Of a DNA stretch of 64,000 nt, positions 10,330-22,376 are shown one piece after another (position 1 is the stretch's first letter; each line of letters begins with the position of its first letter). The position numbers were made by a program, and so were the translations under genes. The stretch is from Polymyxa betae A26-41 (lineage: Eukaryota; Protista; Endomyxa: Phytomyxea). The DNA is taken from assembly GCA_003693705.1 (NCBI GenBank), contig RBZT01000846.1, positions 62,001 through 126,000 on the forward strand. The letters run 5' to 3'. The notes under the pieces are model-generated. The model searched no databases, was not told the origin of the DNA, and saw nothing but the letters and a program-made list of their open reading frames with translations.

Positions 10330-12007
10330 GAGGTCATCTAAAGTGCCCTCAGTGACAAGCTCATCAGTCCAATTAGGGTTTCCCATCAGTAAGACCAGTA
10401 ACGGCAGACGACGTGGATGGATTGTAGCGTTTACAGTTAGCAGAGAAGTCTGATGAAAAGGGAGAGGATGTTCTCATTGTTTTAATGACAAGGCTAGACC
10501 AGCTCTATCTCTGATCGCCTCCTGAATCGACGTCGGAAGCTGCTATCCTGGACTGCCGGCATCAATACCTGCTCTTGCCTTACTGGGCATTCCCTAAAAC
10601 GGCTGCGAGTCTTGCAGACATCGATTTACCACATTTATGGTGAGTTGGTTGACAAGAGATTACTTTCTTCGAATATGTTTTAGGCCGTTTTTTATTCGCA
10701 AACACATAACAAAATCGTGATTTTTATGGATTCATTCTTGTATTATCACAGATTTAATGGGTTTTGACGTTATCAAATGCTTTGACTACGCCTCTTGTTG
10801 GTTTGAATGAGGATTAAACTCTGTAGCGTCGCCAACATTATCTCTTCACATGCTCATTCGTATCACTCGTTCAACCTATCGAATCTGTGACACATCGTAG
10901 ATTATCAAGGCATCATCTGTTTTGTTCCGAATTGTCAATGTGATTAACACAGGATAATTGTAGAAAGTTAGAGCAAGTGTAGGTCGCCTCTGATACAACG
11001 CTTTATATGTTTGTGAAACAACACAACGAGGAATGTGTAGTCTAAAGCTGTATTGCACAATGTCGCAAGACGGGTCTCAAAGCTAAGGTTCTTTCAAACA
11101 ACTTCTCCTTATCGAAGCAGCTAGACCAAGGGATCTTGGCATTGATTTTCACACCAGTATTGTTCTTGTTTGAAACATCATAGTACTGAGTTTAGGGATT
11201 TAGCTGCTACTCCATTAATCAAAGATAGCGAAGCAGAGTTGGGTCGAAGACCTCGGTAGCTGATGTCGCATAATGTTTCAATTGTTTCATTTTCATTTTT
11301 AGGCCTGTTGAACGATTAATAGAACCTGTCGTTAGTCAAATGCCAAGAGATCAGATTTCTTCCAGACAACGCATTTTTGTGGCGAATGACACGAATTCAA
11401 CTTCCAATGCACTCAGTATCTGGTTGAGATTCAAACATCAAAATAATTGGTGACTGTAGGATAGGAGTGGTCGGGTGAAGGAGCCAAGCCAATCGCTAGT
11501 ATTTGAAGATTAGGTAACTATCTATAGTCACAGAATTCGGAATTGGTCAAACAGGACCAGGCATTCCAATTCTCAAAATAGATTTCATCTCAAGATAATC
11601 CAGTTTGTGCGACCATTGGCTGAACACGTTCAAGGAGCAGGATGATATACAAATTTGATGTCAAGTTCTGAGCCAAGGTCATAGAATGCGTTCTTGGTGT
11701 TCTCCAATCGCTGCTATTTAGTTCGAAAGACGGTCTTTTCTTCTGGAGCAGCCCAGATACGGGTCATTTCGGCAACGCTCCCATACACCATCGGCCGTAC
11801 GCCGAAATCGCGGACTCTCGAGATTCTTCTTTTCTCGACTGCGGCTGTCGACAAACAGTTGCGAAGCCGGGCATGTTCCTCAGATTCTGCGGACGCAGAA
11901 ACCGGCTCGGATTCCGGGGCGCAGTCCGTAACGGCCCACGCGACGCGGCGGCGCTTGCCTTCGTTGCTCACCGTTAGGGCATCGTCGCATATATACGGAA
12001 TGGCCAA
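10330..12007 (-). other. Poorly resolved region, possible multi-exon orphan or decayed gene
   Basis: ORF 11714-12007 splices plausibly to downstream frames (KKRPSFELNSSDWRTPR; LPNLQILAIGL), but a stop-free model could not be completed by eye. Confidence 0.25.
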
Positions 12008-12331
12008 GAACGATGTCCAGATGGATCAACAACCGTGTTCAAATCGCAATATTACAATCGCTGTACAGCAACGTCACAGAAAACGACAACGATTGAATTT
12101 CTGTGTGACGATGAGTCAGCTGCAGCGAAGAAGTACTGTTTCGGCGGCACCCCGATCGTAGGTCTGTGTGCCGTGCACGGCGGGCGATAACAAGGGGGTT
12201 GTCGCCGGCCGTCAAGCATAGAGCGGGCGTCCATCGATGCCCATATCGGCTTGATTCGCCGGGTCTGATTTGTGCGAAGTCGGAGTCCGAGGTCCCAACC
12301 ACCCGCTCCTTACCCGCTCCGTCGCCCTCCT

Positions 12332-15300
12332 ATGAGCGAGGTCGAAGACGACGCCGACCTGGACGTGCCGCTAACGGCGCCGGCCCATGTCGAACTGCTG
12401 CAGCTATCCCAAAACGCTTTGGCCGAATGCCTCGAGGCCGGCCGTGACGACAGCGACGATATCGTTGCCGTCCTACCGTCCCAGCGGACCCTGGACCTTG
12501 GCAAGTTTATTAGGCAATCGTTTGCCGCTCTGCATGACGATGTCGAGGCTGAATCCACGCCGATATCGGTTTTCTTCCAGTTCATGGCTGCTGTGACGTC
12601 GTTGTTCGACGCCGACCAATACCCTGGCCTGACCCATGTCGCCAGTATTTTGCACTCGGATTCCGATCTAAATGTCGACCTGGTCGAAGTCGTCATCGTC
12701 TATGTTAGAGGCCTGGATATGTCGACACAGAGGAATCATACGATTGATGCCTTGACGAATATCTCAAACTTGTTCACGATACTCATGAATTATATCCGGT
12801 CGGGCGTCTAGGGTTTCGGGTTCTTGGGGGTTTGCTGATTTCAACGATTAGCTATGAGTTGACGATGGATCCGACCCAGCGCCTATTATGCTCCAAGTTG
12901 GCCGCCAGCGACAATTTGATCGCATTCGTTAATGAGACCGTCCACTTAATTCGTGTTCGTGTCAATAACGTAATCACGGTCGAGATGCGCGACAGTTTTC
13001 GAGCTCGGCTCGTTCAGTTCTGGATCGCTCTGATCGATAACAAAGTGGGCATTGATCCCGGATTTCATCTCTAAATTGTAACTTTCCTGCCTTAGGTTCT
13101 ACCGCAATCTACCATTGATAACGTCGCCTTGTCGTTCATCCGTCACGAAGACGTTTGTATGGTAGTCGGCCATCTACTCAGTCAAGTCGAGCAGGATCAA
13201 GAGCCTGCCCTTCTCCTGTTCCGATCGTACTGGCCGAATTTTCGGGAAACTCATACACTAATTCTGATTCCGTGCTCTTTGTTTAGATTGGTGACGTCCG
13301 AATTCGTCGCGTTTTTGCGGAAAGACTCATGGCGAGGCTTACGCGAGAAGTTCCTTAGTCTGGCCTTTGTCAAGATGCAGAACCTGATCGCACGCGACGT
13401 CCTTGATGCGTATATTGTTCTTATCCTCGTCAAGGCAAGCTCACTGATTAATTGGCCACAGGACTGTGAAGGCGGCGTTGGATGTGATGACAATTTTGAA
13501 TGAAATTCTGGGCGATGCGGCTTTTCTGTCGCTGCTGATGTCGTCCCGGGTCCATCTCGATATGCTCATGGCCTTCTTCAAGGCTCTGGTCCAGGGAAGT
13601 TCGGCTTTGTTCGCCCCGGTCCACATCCTGGACTCCGACGATGATGACGATGAAGAGCCAGTTACATTACAAATTCATCAACAGCTGTTGAACCGTTTCG
13701 CCATCGCCCTGCACGCTTTCTATTGCCGTCTGACTCAATCCGATAAGGACGCGTTCGTACTTGCATTGCTCGAAGCGCACGATACGGAAACAGCTCGTTC
13801 TCAACTGCTCTCTCATCTGAACGAGTTCGCCGCATTACCGATGCTGACAGGCCGGCAGGCGACGTCGCCCAGCAACAGGCGCGCGTTCTCGAGTTTCGTT
13901 GCGCGTGTTCGATCACTCAGCAGTAAGACACCGCCGCCCGATCACGACGACGACGACACCAAGACCGAGTCGGCTCCGAGCGCGGATACGAACGCCCCAA
14001 AACTCTCCAGACTACGATCATCGGCGCAGAAACGCAAGTTGTCCGACTTGGATCATTACCTGATGCAGACCTCCTTCCGGCTCACTGGCCGCAACGTTGA
14101 CCGAATCCCGGACGCGGCGCCGGTCACCGTACCCGCCCAACTGCCGACTGTGGCGGAGCGATTTCTGGCCGGGCTGCCGACTGTTACTGTTTCGAGACGG
14201 GGCGCATCCGGGCCGTGGACGCTGACCACAATCCGAGCCGTGAGGCAACACGATTTTCTGATCGAATATACGGGCCGTCGTATGAGCCAGCACGATCTGG
14301 CCGGGGCCGATGCCGAGACGCGTTCGCGCATCGAAGCGTTCGGGCCGAATTCGATAGTGAGACTGAACGGCGATCAGCTGTTGGATGCGTCGCAGACCGG
14401 GAGCGTAGCAAGGTCCGGATATGATGCTCTCTGTGAGACTGAGCTTGATTCTAACCTCTATGCTCTCTCTAGGTGTATAACCCATAGCTGTCAGCCATCG
14501 GCTGAGATTCAGCGATGGATCGTGGCTGGACATCCACGCCTATTCGTGTTTTCTATCAAGGAAATGGCATCCGGCGATCCAGTGACCGTTGACTACAGCG
14601 TATTGAATTTAAAGATTACCGATGATCGGTTCTGATTTGCATTTGCTGATAGGCTGCTGGCATCATAACGCGTCCATTCACATGCAATTGCGGAGCGCCG
14701 TCTTGCTCCAATCAACAGATTGAGGTCGACGATCTGCCCTGGGATGGCGTGACACCGTCCGGGTCGGCGTCCGTGGACTCGTCCGATTTCGACAACGCCC
14801 TACACGCTTTGGCCACGGCCGCCCAAGCCGAACAGGAACCTGCGCCGTCGGCAACAGCACTGAAGCGCCGAAACGATGCTGTCGACGGGCAGGCAGGGCC
14901 GCCCGCCAAACGTCTCTCGACAGATGCCGCCCCAGGGCCTGTATATCGCGGTACGGCTGCGGGCCTGGTTCGTCAAGCGCAGCAGCTGGCGTCAGGAGCT
15001 ACCCGCTACGGCCCCGGACCGACTCCCGGCTTCACGTATGCACCGCCGCGCGGCGCCCTCACCTCCCGATCCGGTCCAGATTCGTTACTGTCGTTCAACA
15101 GAGCGCGCGGGTTTGCGTCTAGGGCCAGCTCGCATGTGGCGATTGCGCGTGGCATTCAGATGCACAGAAAGGCGATCGGTGGACAGACCCCGTCACCTGC
15201 ACAGAGAAAGGTCCCGGTCGATGTCGTTGACGGCGCCAATGCCCCTTCACATAAACCGCCAGAACAATGGGATTCCGATCAACAGCAGCAGCAGCAACAA

Positions 15301-16803
15301 CAACAATATCAGCTGCAAGTACAGCAGCAACAACAACAGCAGCAGCAGCAGCAGCAGCAACAACAACAACAACAGCTGTATCAACAGTATGCTGCGATGC
15401 AACGGGGTCATGTTCCAGGGCAGCAGCCGCTGATGCAGATGGCACCGCAACAACATGTATGGTTGTACTGGGAAACTTGAATCAGGTTGCCTCAATTTTG
15501 CTATATAGATGGTCCCAGCTCTGTATGCACAGGCTATGTCTAAGCATCATCAAGCTCAACAGCAACATATGCGACATGTCATGCAGATGTATTCGAGACT
15601 GCAACAGATGGGGACAGGACGTGGGACTGCCGCTTCAGCCCATCCCGTCCCAAACCGATTACCGCAACAGCCGCATCAATCGCCACAACAGCCAGCAGCC
15701 ACTCTCATGCAGCAACATCCCCTGAATTCATCGCCAATGCCGTCTGCCGGCACTCCTCAACAGGCTGCTTTACAACAGCAACAGGTCGCAGCATTACAAC
15801 AACACGTACTTCAACAACAACAACAGCAGCAACAACAGCAACAACATCAACTGCAACAGCAGCAACAACAACAACTGCAACAGCAGCAGCAACAACAACA
15901 AATGCAACAGCAGCAGGTAAGAGAATGCTAGATTGTTGAAGGCCCTGTCTAAAACTATCTAGGCTGCAAGGGCTAGCACTACTCCAAACAAGTCGAATCT
16001 ACAACAGAGTGCAACCGGCGACTATATCCAAATGAACCCACAACAGACCATGATGCAGCAACAGCCACCACAGATGACGATGGGCCAGCATGCGCCGACA
16101 TCGTCCATGGTGCCGCAACAGCAGCCGAATGCCTCGCCTGCGATGGGCCAGCACCAGTTACTATTACAACAGATTCCGGGTCCGCCACGTCAACAGGCCC
16201 CACTCCATATGGGTTCAGCTACGAAGATGTCACAGATGCGTCCTATGCCGATACAGCAGATGAGGCCGATCATGGCCCCAATGCAACGTCAGGCTCCAGC
16301 GGCATCCTGGCCCATGCAATCATCCCGACCTCCCATCTATGTCCAGGCGCCGTCGCAGCCGTATGCTGATAACGATATGGTTCAGGTCCAGCCCGAAATG
16401 ATGTTGCAGGTATGGGTTTAGAATTTCTAGGGTTTTAAGTAAGTGAAATGTGGTGTAGAGGAATCCAATGCCAGGCCCACAACTGGTCGCACATAGGGCA
16501 CTACCACAGATACCACAACAGAGGGCGCCTACCTCATATGATTACCCACCTATGATGGTTGGTTCTGATGGACGTCTCATGTATCATGCCGGCATGCCAT
16601 GTACCAATACACAATGGACACCACAACAGCAACTCTTACGTCAACAGCAGATGCAATGGCACATGTATCAGCAAATGCAGCGTCAACAGCAGCAAATGAG
16701 ACCGCCACCAACACAATCGAATCCTGCAGATGCGCCATCGTCTATTGCGGATAATACCGAGACATCCAACCAGGCACCCGATCCACAATCATCACTCCAA
16801 TGA
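12332..16803 (+). CDS. Large multi-exon SET/post-SET domain protein with polyglutamine, prion-like C-terminus
   Basis: Helical N-terminal exons; SET segments FLIEYTG, LLDASQTGSVARCITHSCQPS, VTVDY; post-SET FTCNCGAPSC; Q/P/M-rich tail; continuous frame through GT-AG introns; TGA 16801-16803. Confidence 0.8.
15280..15375 (+). repeat. CAG/CAA trinucleotide repeat (polyQ, coding)
   Basis: Runs of caa/cag seen directly. Confidence 0.95.
15811..15916 (+). repeat. CAG/CAA trinucleotide repeat (polyQ, coding)
   Basis: Runs of caa/cag seen directly. Confidence 0.95.
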
Positions 16804-16925
16804 TCATGTCTGAATATGCAGCCCCAGGGCCATATCATCGTCGTACTGTATATTGTCCAGAGCTCCGAATATATTATCATAGCGTATTTTTCTTAATTAA
16901 ATTAGCTTGCTAATCAATGAATCAA

Positions 16926-19145
16926 TCAATCACCACGAGGTCTCCGCCTCTCATTTGTGATCTGCAGCTTGGCAGTATCGGCTACCTCCTTCCCTTGATA
17001 CATCGATGTGCGCACCCAATCGTTGGCTCCACATCGCCGACAGGATCTTCCTGGGTCGTGCCGGCCCAGCGCCCTACGTTAGCGCGCAATCAGTACAATG
17101 GGTGACTGGGGCGTGCGGTTAACGAACACGTCACGATTGGAGCAGATCTTGCATTTGTGCCAGGTTTTGGCAACTGTCACTAAAGTGGTAATGTGACCCA
17201 TCTCCCGACACGATTGCGGCTGCCGCTCCAGTGTGTATTTACAGTCATGACAGACATGGGCCTGTACGTTCTGGCTCCGAATTGACTGCATCTTCTCGGC
17301 CATCTGTTCCCGTGTCTGCAGCATATCAAATCGTGTCTCATTCCCCTCCCGATCGGCCTAAATCACGGACTTCGTCAACAAACCGAATCGCTGAACGCCA
17401 CGTTGAACCGACCTGCTCGACCAGATGCGAGTTGATCGATTTCCGTCCCGAAACTTGTGCACGCAGAGCAGCCGTGATCGCATTCGGAGGTCGCGGTGGC
17501 GGTGCTGCCTTCACCGGGGTTGCAGTCGCTGTCCGTCCAGCATTAACAGCTGATGAGATATCCATCAGTTTCTTAGCTAACGATCATGTTGATATTAATG
17601 ATATTTGTAACGTCTGTGCTGTCATACGTTGATTGGCAGAATTCGGATCCGGTGCTGATAGACTTTTTCCAGCTAATCGATGCACGGCTGCATTTGCACA
17701 TTGAACAATAACCAAAGCGATAGGCGATCCAGTACGACCTCGTAGAACGCTGGGATCCGGGGCATCCTCATCCAGGTCGATAAGGGCAGTCGCGGATAGA
17801 GCCGGATTGGATTTGGACAGGACCGGGACCAGCACGGGGGTCTGTTTCACATAGACGGGTCGCCCTCCGACATACCCGACCTTGGGGGTCCGGTACGACG
17901 CGCTACGACCTGCTCGAAACTAGTTGTGAGAGACAAGTAGGTATTGGAGTGTGTTCGTACTGAGACATGCGATAGCAGCATGTTTAGCTTTAGATTCTTG
18001 TACAGGATCAGGAGTTGTTAGACGTGGTCTCTTTGTATTGGATTTCATGATAGCAGCTAATGCAGATGATGTCGCTGATCTCGACCGAGTATTACCAGCA
18101 GATGATGTCTCACTCGTTATCTGATTCCTTGCAGATCCATGTTGTAGATCCATACGTCCTGATGACATAGACTTATCTATGACATTATATCAACTATATC
18201 ATATCACATATACGGGCGGCGGTCGTACAGGCCGCCTGCACATGGTAACCGCAATATCCGCCTTTGCGTTCATCAACAGCGATCGTACAACGTTTGCCAT
18301 CCTTCTTACGGCCCCTGAATTGGGTCAGATCCGTGATCAAGATCCCGTGCTGGCCCATGTGGCGGCTTACTTGCAGATGGCGAAATCAGCGCAGGGACCG
18401 ATTTGAAGGATTTGATCGGGATCATCAATTGAGATGGTAACGAGTTGCTGAGTCCCGCTTGTGTTACTGTCATTAGTGCCACGATACGGTAACCGTTTCC
18501 CGTTACCGATACACAGGACATGGCCGATCTCAGCCCCGGTTTTCAACCTATTCCAGGTAAGTCTGGCCCCAAACTGGGGTCATGGGGTCACCTACGTCTC
18601 GAAGGCGTTATCGAAAGCCAATAAACGAAATGTGTGATCATTGAGGTCTGATCTCCCACTGAGTATCATGATGACAGTGTTACACATCTTACTCTTACCA
18701 GTGAGCAGTAACGATAGGAACATCTTGGCAGCTTTAGCCTAAAACCTGTATATGAGGATATCGATATCAATATCAAATATGAACCCAAACCGTAGTTTTA
18801 AGTTCGAGTGCCGCGACGACCCCGAATACAGCCCAATTAGTAGATGAGGTGGTATCTCGCATTGATGTTAGATTAGGGATCTTAACAATCTTCACATTTC
18901 TAATAGACGTGTTATGAGATGAGATCAGATAGATGGTATGATATAGAGAACCTGAGAGACATTTGTACTGAATCACTGGATGATAGACGATGTTTGACAC
19001 GATATCCTGAATATGGACATACACATGATGTAGATGATGTGATTGCAGATGGAATAGGTCTGGGATCAGGGGCGGTATTACCTCCATCATTGTCTTGTTC
19101 ATCTATGAGACCCACTAATAGATCCAGATCATCATCAGACAGCAT
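16926..19145 (-). CDS. MCM10: DNA replication initiation factor MCM10
   Basis: OB-fold WAVFGVV...LTDL; ISIDDPDQILQIGPCADFAICK-GRKKDGKRCTIAVD...YCGYH (CCCH finger), SGRMDLQ; C-terminal REQMAEKM...CHDCKYT...C...GH...KCKICSNR zinc module. Confidence 0.9.
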
Positions 19146-19354
19146 CTGGAACAGACCTGACCCCGGGACCCCAACTTGGGGTTCAATTAATTGCGATATA
19201 GAGCTCGGGGGGGGGGGGACCCATCACCCCATCACCCCATCATCTTCATTACTATACAATACAATACTATATGAATTTAATAGGCGCTATACAAGATATT
19301 CATAACAGAGACCTATCAATAATCCGATTTCCTCAAAACTGTAGTAACAATCGT

Positions 19355-19621
19355 GGGTCGTCGAAGGCGAAACGCCGTCGCGCGTCCCCGATTGTCTTGC
19401 GAGGTCCAGTACTACGGGGAGTCACGGGCCTTCTCTCCCGCTCTCATAAGAACCCAGGCGTCCATCGCCTGTGTATAGATCCACCCGCTCCGACCTCCCT
19501 CGTCAGTACAACCCGCGCTGGGCATACTGGCCCCGGTTCGGTGGAGACCCCCGAGAGACAAAGGACCCAGTGCTGCCCGCATTCGGACTCGGGATCTGGA
19601 TTAGGTGGGGACGACTGATCC
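19355..19621 (+). ncRNA. Candidate structured GC-rich RNA element of unknown class
   Basis: Long imperfect stem (19383-19437 with 19553-19613), closing helix 19355-19363/19612-19621 and internal hairpins; G-U pairs favour the + strand; no known family motif matched. Confidence 0.3.
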
Positions 19622-19672
19622 GTACTCGCCTCCCTGGTCCGGGCTTGCTGGGCGCTGTCAAGGACGTGATCA

Positions 19673-21033
19673 ATGACGGAGAATGGGATCGCCCCGCTAC
19701 CCCTTTATTTTAATGATTCATCACGACATTTTGTAGCTGGTTCGGTGTGTTCATGTTCAATATCTGTATGATGTTATTAATAATCACTCATATATAGGCA
19801 TCTGGCATGATTGCCAAATATATCGAATATCCCGCCGATACCATCAAGGTGAGATATTGGGGGTGCAGGGACCAGCATTCCCCCGGTATGTGTGTTGATA
19901 TCATGTTATAGGTTCGATTACAGACAGAACCTGGTAAATTCCCAAGTGCTATTCCATGTATAATGGATACATATAGACGTGGTGGTATTATATCATTCTA
20001 TAAAGGAATATCTGCACCACTTATTGGAGCTGTATTCGAGAATGCTATTGGATGTATGAGACATATTATATACAGACATACTAGATACTGAGCATGTTAT
20101 TATATAGTTGGTGCATATTCATATACAAGTACAATATTAGGTGAATCAGATCCCAGGTTGGTCATATCACTAAGTCCTTATTATGTCTAATTCGTATGAT
20201 TTATATAGGACAGCACCAATATCAATAGTAGGTCTAGCTGGTGCTAGCTGTGGTGCTGTTATCAGTTTCTTTCAGACACCATTAGAGGTCAGTGGGGGTG
20301 TTCGCCATCGCTAGGGTTCCAGGGTTTAAGGTTTCCCTTTCAGCTAATCAAATGCCGAATGCAATCGGGCCTAACTCAGGTCCGATATCATGGTACATTC
20401 GATTGTCTAATGCGGACTATACACGAAGATGGACTACGTAGTGTATTCCGCGGTCTCAGCTCCACATTGATACGCGAGGTACTGGCCCACCCCCGCCCGC
20501 ATCTGCCTGTTGCATTGTCTGATCATAGTACAATAGATTCCGGGATCAGCGACGTATTTCATCATGTATGAGGTCGGAGTCCGAGCTATGTGCCGTGATC
20601 ATCCGGATCAACGTGGCTCCATTCCGATCATGTTGGCGGGTCTGTTACAGGGGGTCGTACTGAACCGCTCCGGATGATTGAATGGTGCGGTGTAGGATCG
20701 TTAGGTGGTGCTGGATATTGGCTGGCGGGATATCCAGCTGATGTTATTAAGAGTAGGCAACAGACGGGACATCCAGGTCTGTGTCTATGCTAGGGTTTAG
20801 GGTTCTATCATTACACCTGACTCTATGTATGTCAGGATCGTTTATGCGTATTGCCAATGTTATATATCGTCATGAAGGATTAGCTGCGTTTTTCAAAGGT
20901 CTCTCATTAACATTATTTAGAGCAGGTAACATTACATTATTGTGTCGGGGTCCGTGACGCACTTCCTTATATAGCACCCGCGAATGCCGCCGTCTTCCTC
21001 GTCTACGAATACGCTCTCAAATACCTGCCTTGA
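19673..21033 (+). CDS. Mitochondrial carrier (SLC25; ornithine/carnitine carrier-like)
   Basis: ATG 19673 MTENG...HFVAGS; signature motifs YPADTIKVRLQ, TPLELIKCRMQ, YPADVIKSRQQ; many short introns. Confidence 0.85.
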
Positions 21034-21319
21034 TCGCACTTCCATCTGACCGTGTGGTGCTGGCCCGCGCCATTACACGCACAATTCCCGAGAGAGAGAG
21101 AGAGAGGAGAGGGCAGTTCCATGATAGCCCCGCCATACACATGTATATCCATAAATTATTCGCACTTGTTTACTGTCCACATTTGGACGCGTGCGCGTTC
21201 TGTCCCATGTCGTGGGCCGTACTGTCCCCCAGGATACTAGCCACATGTTGACACCGAACTGCATCTGTCTCGGAGTCTGGGGAGGTGGTCACATAATCAC
21301 ATAACGTCATTCGAGGGGG

Positions 21320-22323
21320 ATGTCGTCGGATGTCATGCGTCAGGCTGTTCAAGATGTCGTGGCCGGGTCGGTCGGGGGCGTACTGGCCGCCCTGGTCGGA
21401 CATCCGTTCGATACGATCAAGGTCCGGTTGCAGACGCAGCCGGTGCTGGCCCCGGTCTATGGTGGATTCGGTGATTGTATTCGACAGACGTGGTCTATGG
21501 AGGGTGCATCTGGATTCTATCGTGGATTAACATCACCATTATGTGGAATGTTAGTATTTAATGCTGTACAGTTTATGGCATATGGACAGGCTCGTGATTG
21601 GGTTCAGACCAGGAAACACGATCTCCAGCTTACTGATTATATAGCCTGTGGTGCATGGACTGGGGTTGCTGTTAGTGCTGTTGAATCACCTATGGATCTT
21701 GGTACTATTATATCTGTATGATGTATAGAGACTATATACTAATACAATGTGTATTGTAGTGAAATCTCAAGTTCAAGTTCAAGTCTTCAAACGATCATCT
21801 GGTGTCAATGCGCTCTATTTCACAAGTGCATTAGATGCTGGTAATCAGATATGGAATCTAACAGGATTACGTGGAATATATCAAGGTCTTGGAGCTACTC
21901 TACTCAGAAATGTACCCGCTGTCTCACTCTATTTCGGTACGGAACAGTCATACCCGCCCCTGACCTGATACTCATCATAGTCCTGTAGGTGCCTATGAAC
22001 AAACCCGTCGATCGTTCGCCGGTCCGGATCGTGATGTCACGGATCTGTCGTCGTTAGAACTATTATGTTCTGGTGGTGTTGCTGGTGTTTGTTATTGGCT
22101 ATTTACATATCCAGCTGATATTATTAAGAGCACAATGCAGACCGATTCTGTAATTCGTGATCAGAGACAATATAAATCTATATGGGATTGTATACGAGGT
22201 CTGTATGCAGATGGTGGTCTACCTCGATTCTTTCGTGGTCTAACTCCATGTATGCTACGTGCATTCCCAGCTAATGCTGCATGTTTCTGGGGAGTCGAAC
22301 AAACACGCAAATTGTTCACATAA
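21320..22323 (+). CDS. Mitochondrial carnitine/acylcarnitine carrier-like (SLC25A20/29 group)
   Basis: GHPFDTIKVRLQTQ, ESPMDLVKSQVQ, YPADIIKSTMQTD, RAFPANAACF; two introns. Confidence 0.9.
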
Positions 22324-22376
22324 AGAGATGCAGAGTCTGTATTACTGAATTAATACAAATACAATGATGAGAGAGA

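Noticed and set aside
11355-11420. Weak resemblance to Helitron/PIF1 helicase motif (RMTRIQLPM)
   Set aside because: No following TINKSQG motif, no long ORF and no termini
11330-11480. In-frame TGA codons suggesting stop-codon recoding
   Set aside because: TGA terminates well-conserved genes in this window (e.g. PRP38B, carrier 1), and conserved Trp positions use TGG
13410-13461. Apparent GC-AG intron (aag|gcaagc), similarly at ~26401
   Set aside because: A nearby GT donor restores the reading frame in both cases
14876-15725. Poly-Leu, poly-Ala, poly-Thr and poly-Ser/Asn ORFs
   Set aside because: Alternative-frame and antisense shadows of the CAG/CAA polyQ tract
19405-19610. TPP riboswitch, SRP, RNase P/MRP, U3 or telomerase identity for the structured element
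   Set aside because: Only fragments resemble them (GATCTGGAT, GTCCCC/GGGGAC, CTGA). CUGAGA and the P5 complement, the CAGG/AGCA helix-8 motif, GAAAGUCCCC, U3 boxes A/B/C and a CCCUAA template are all absent
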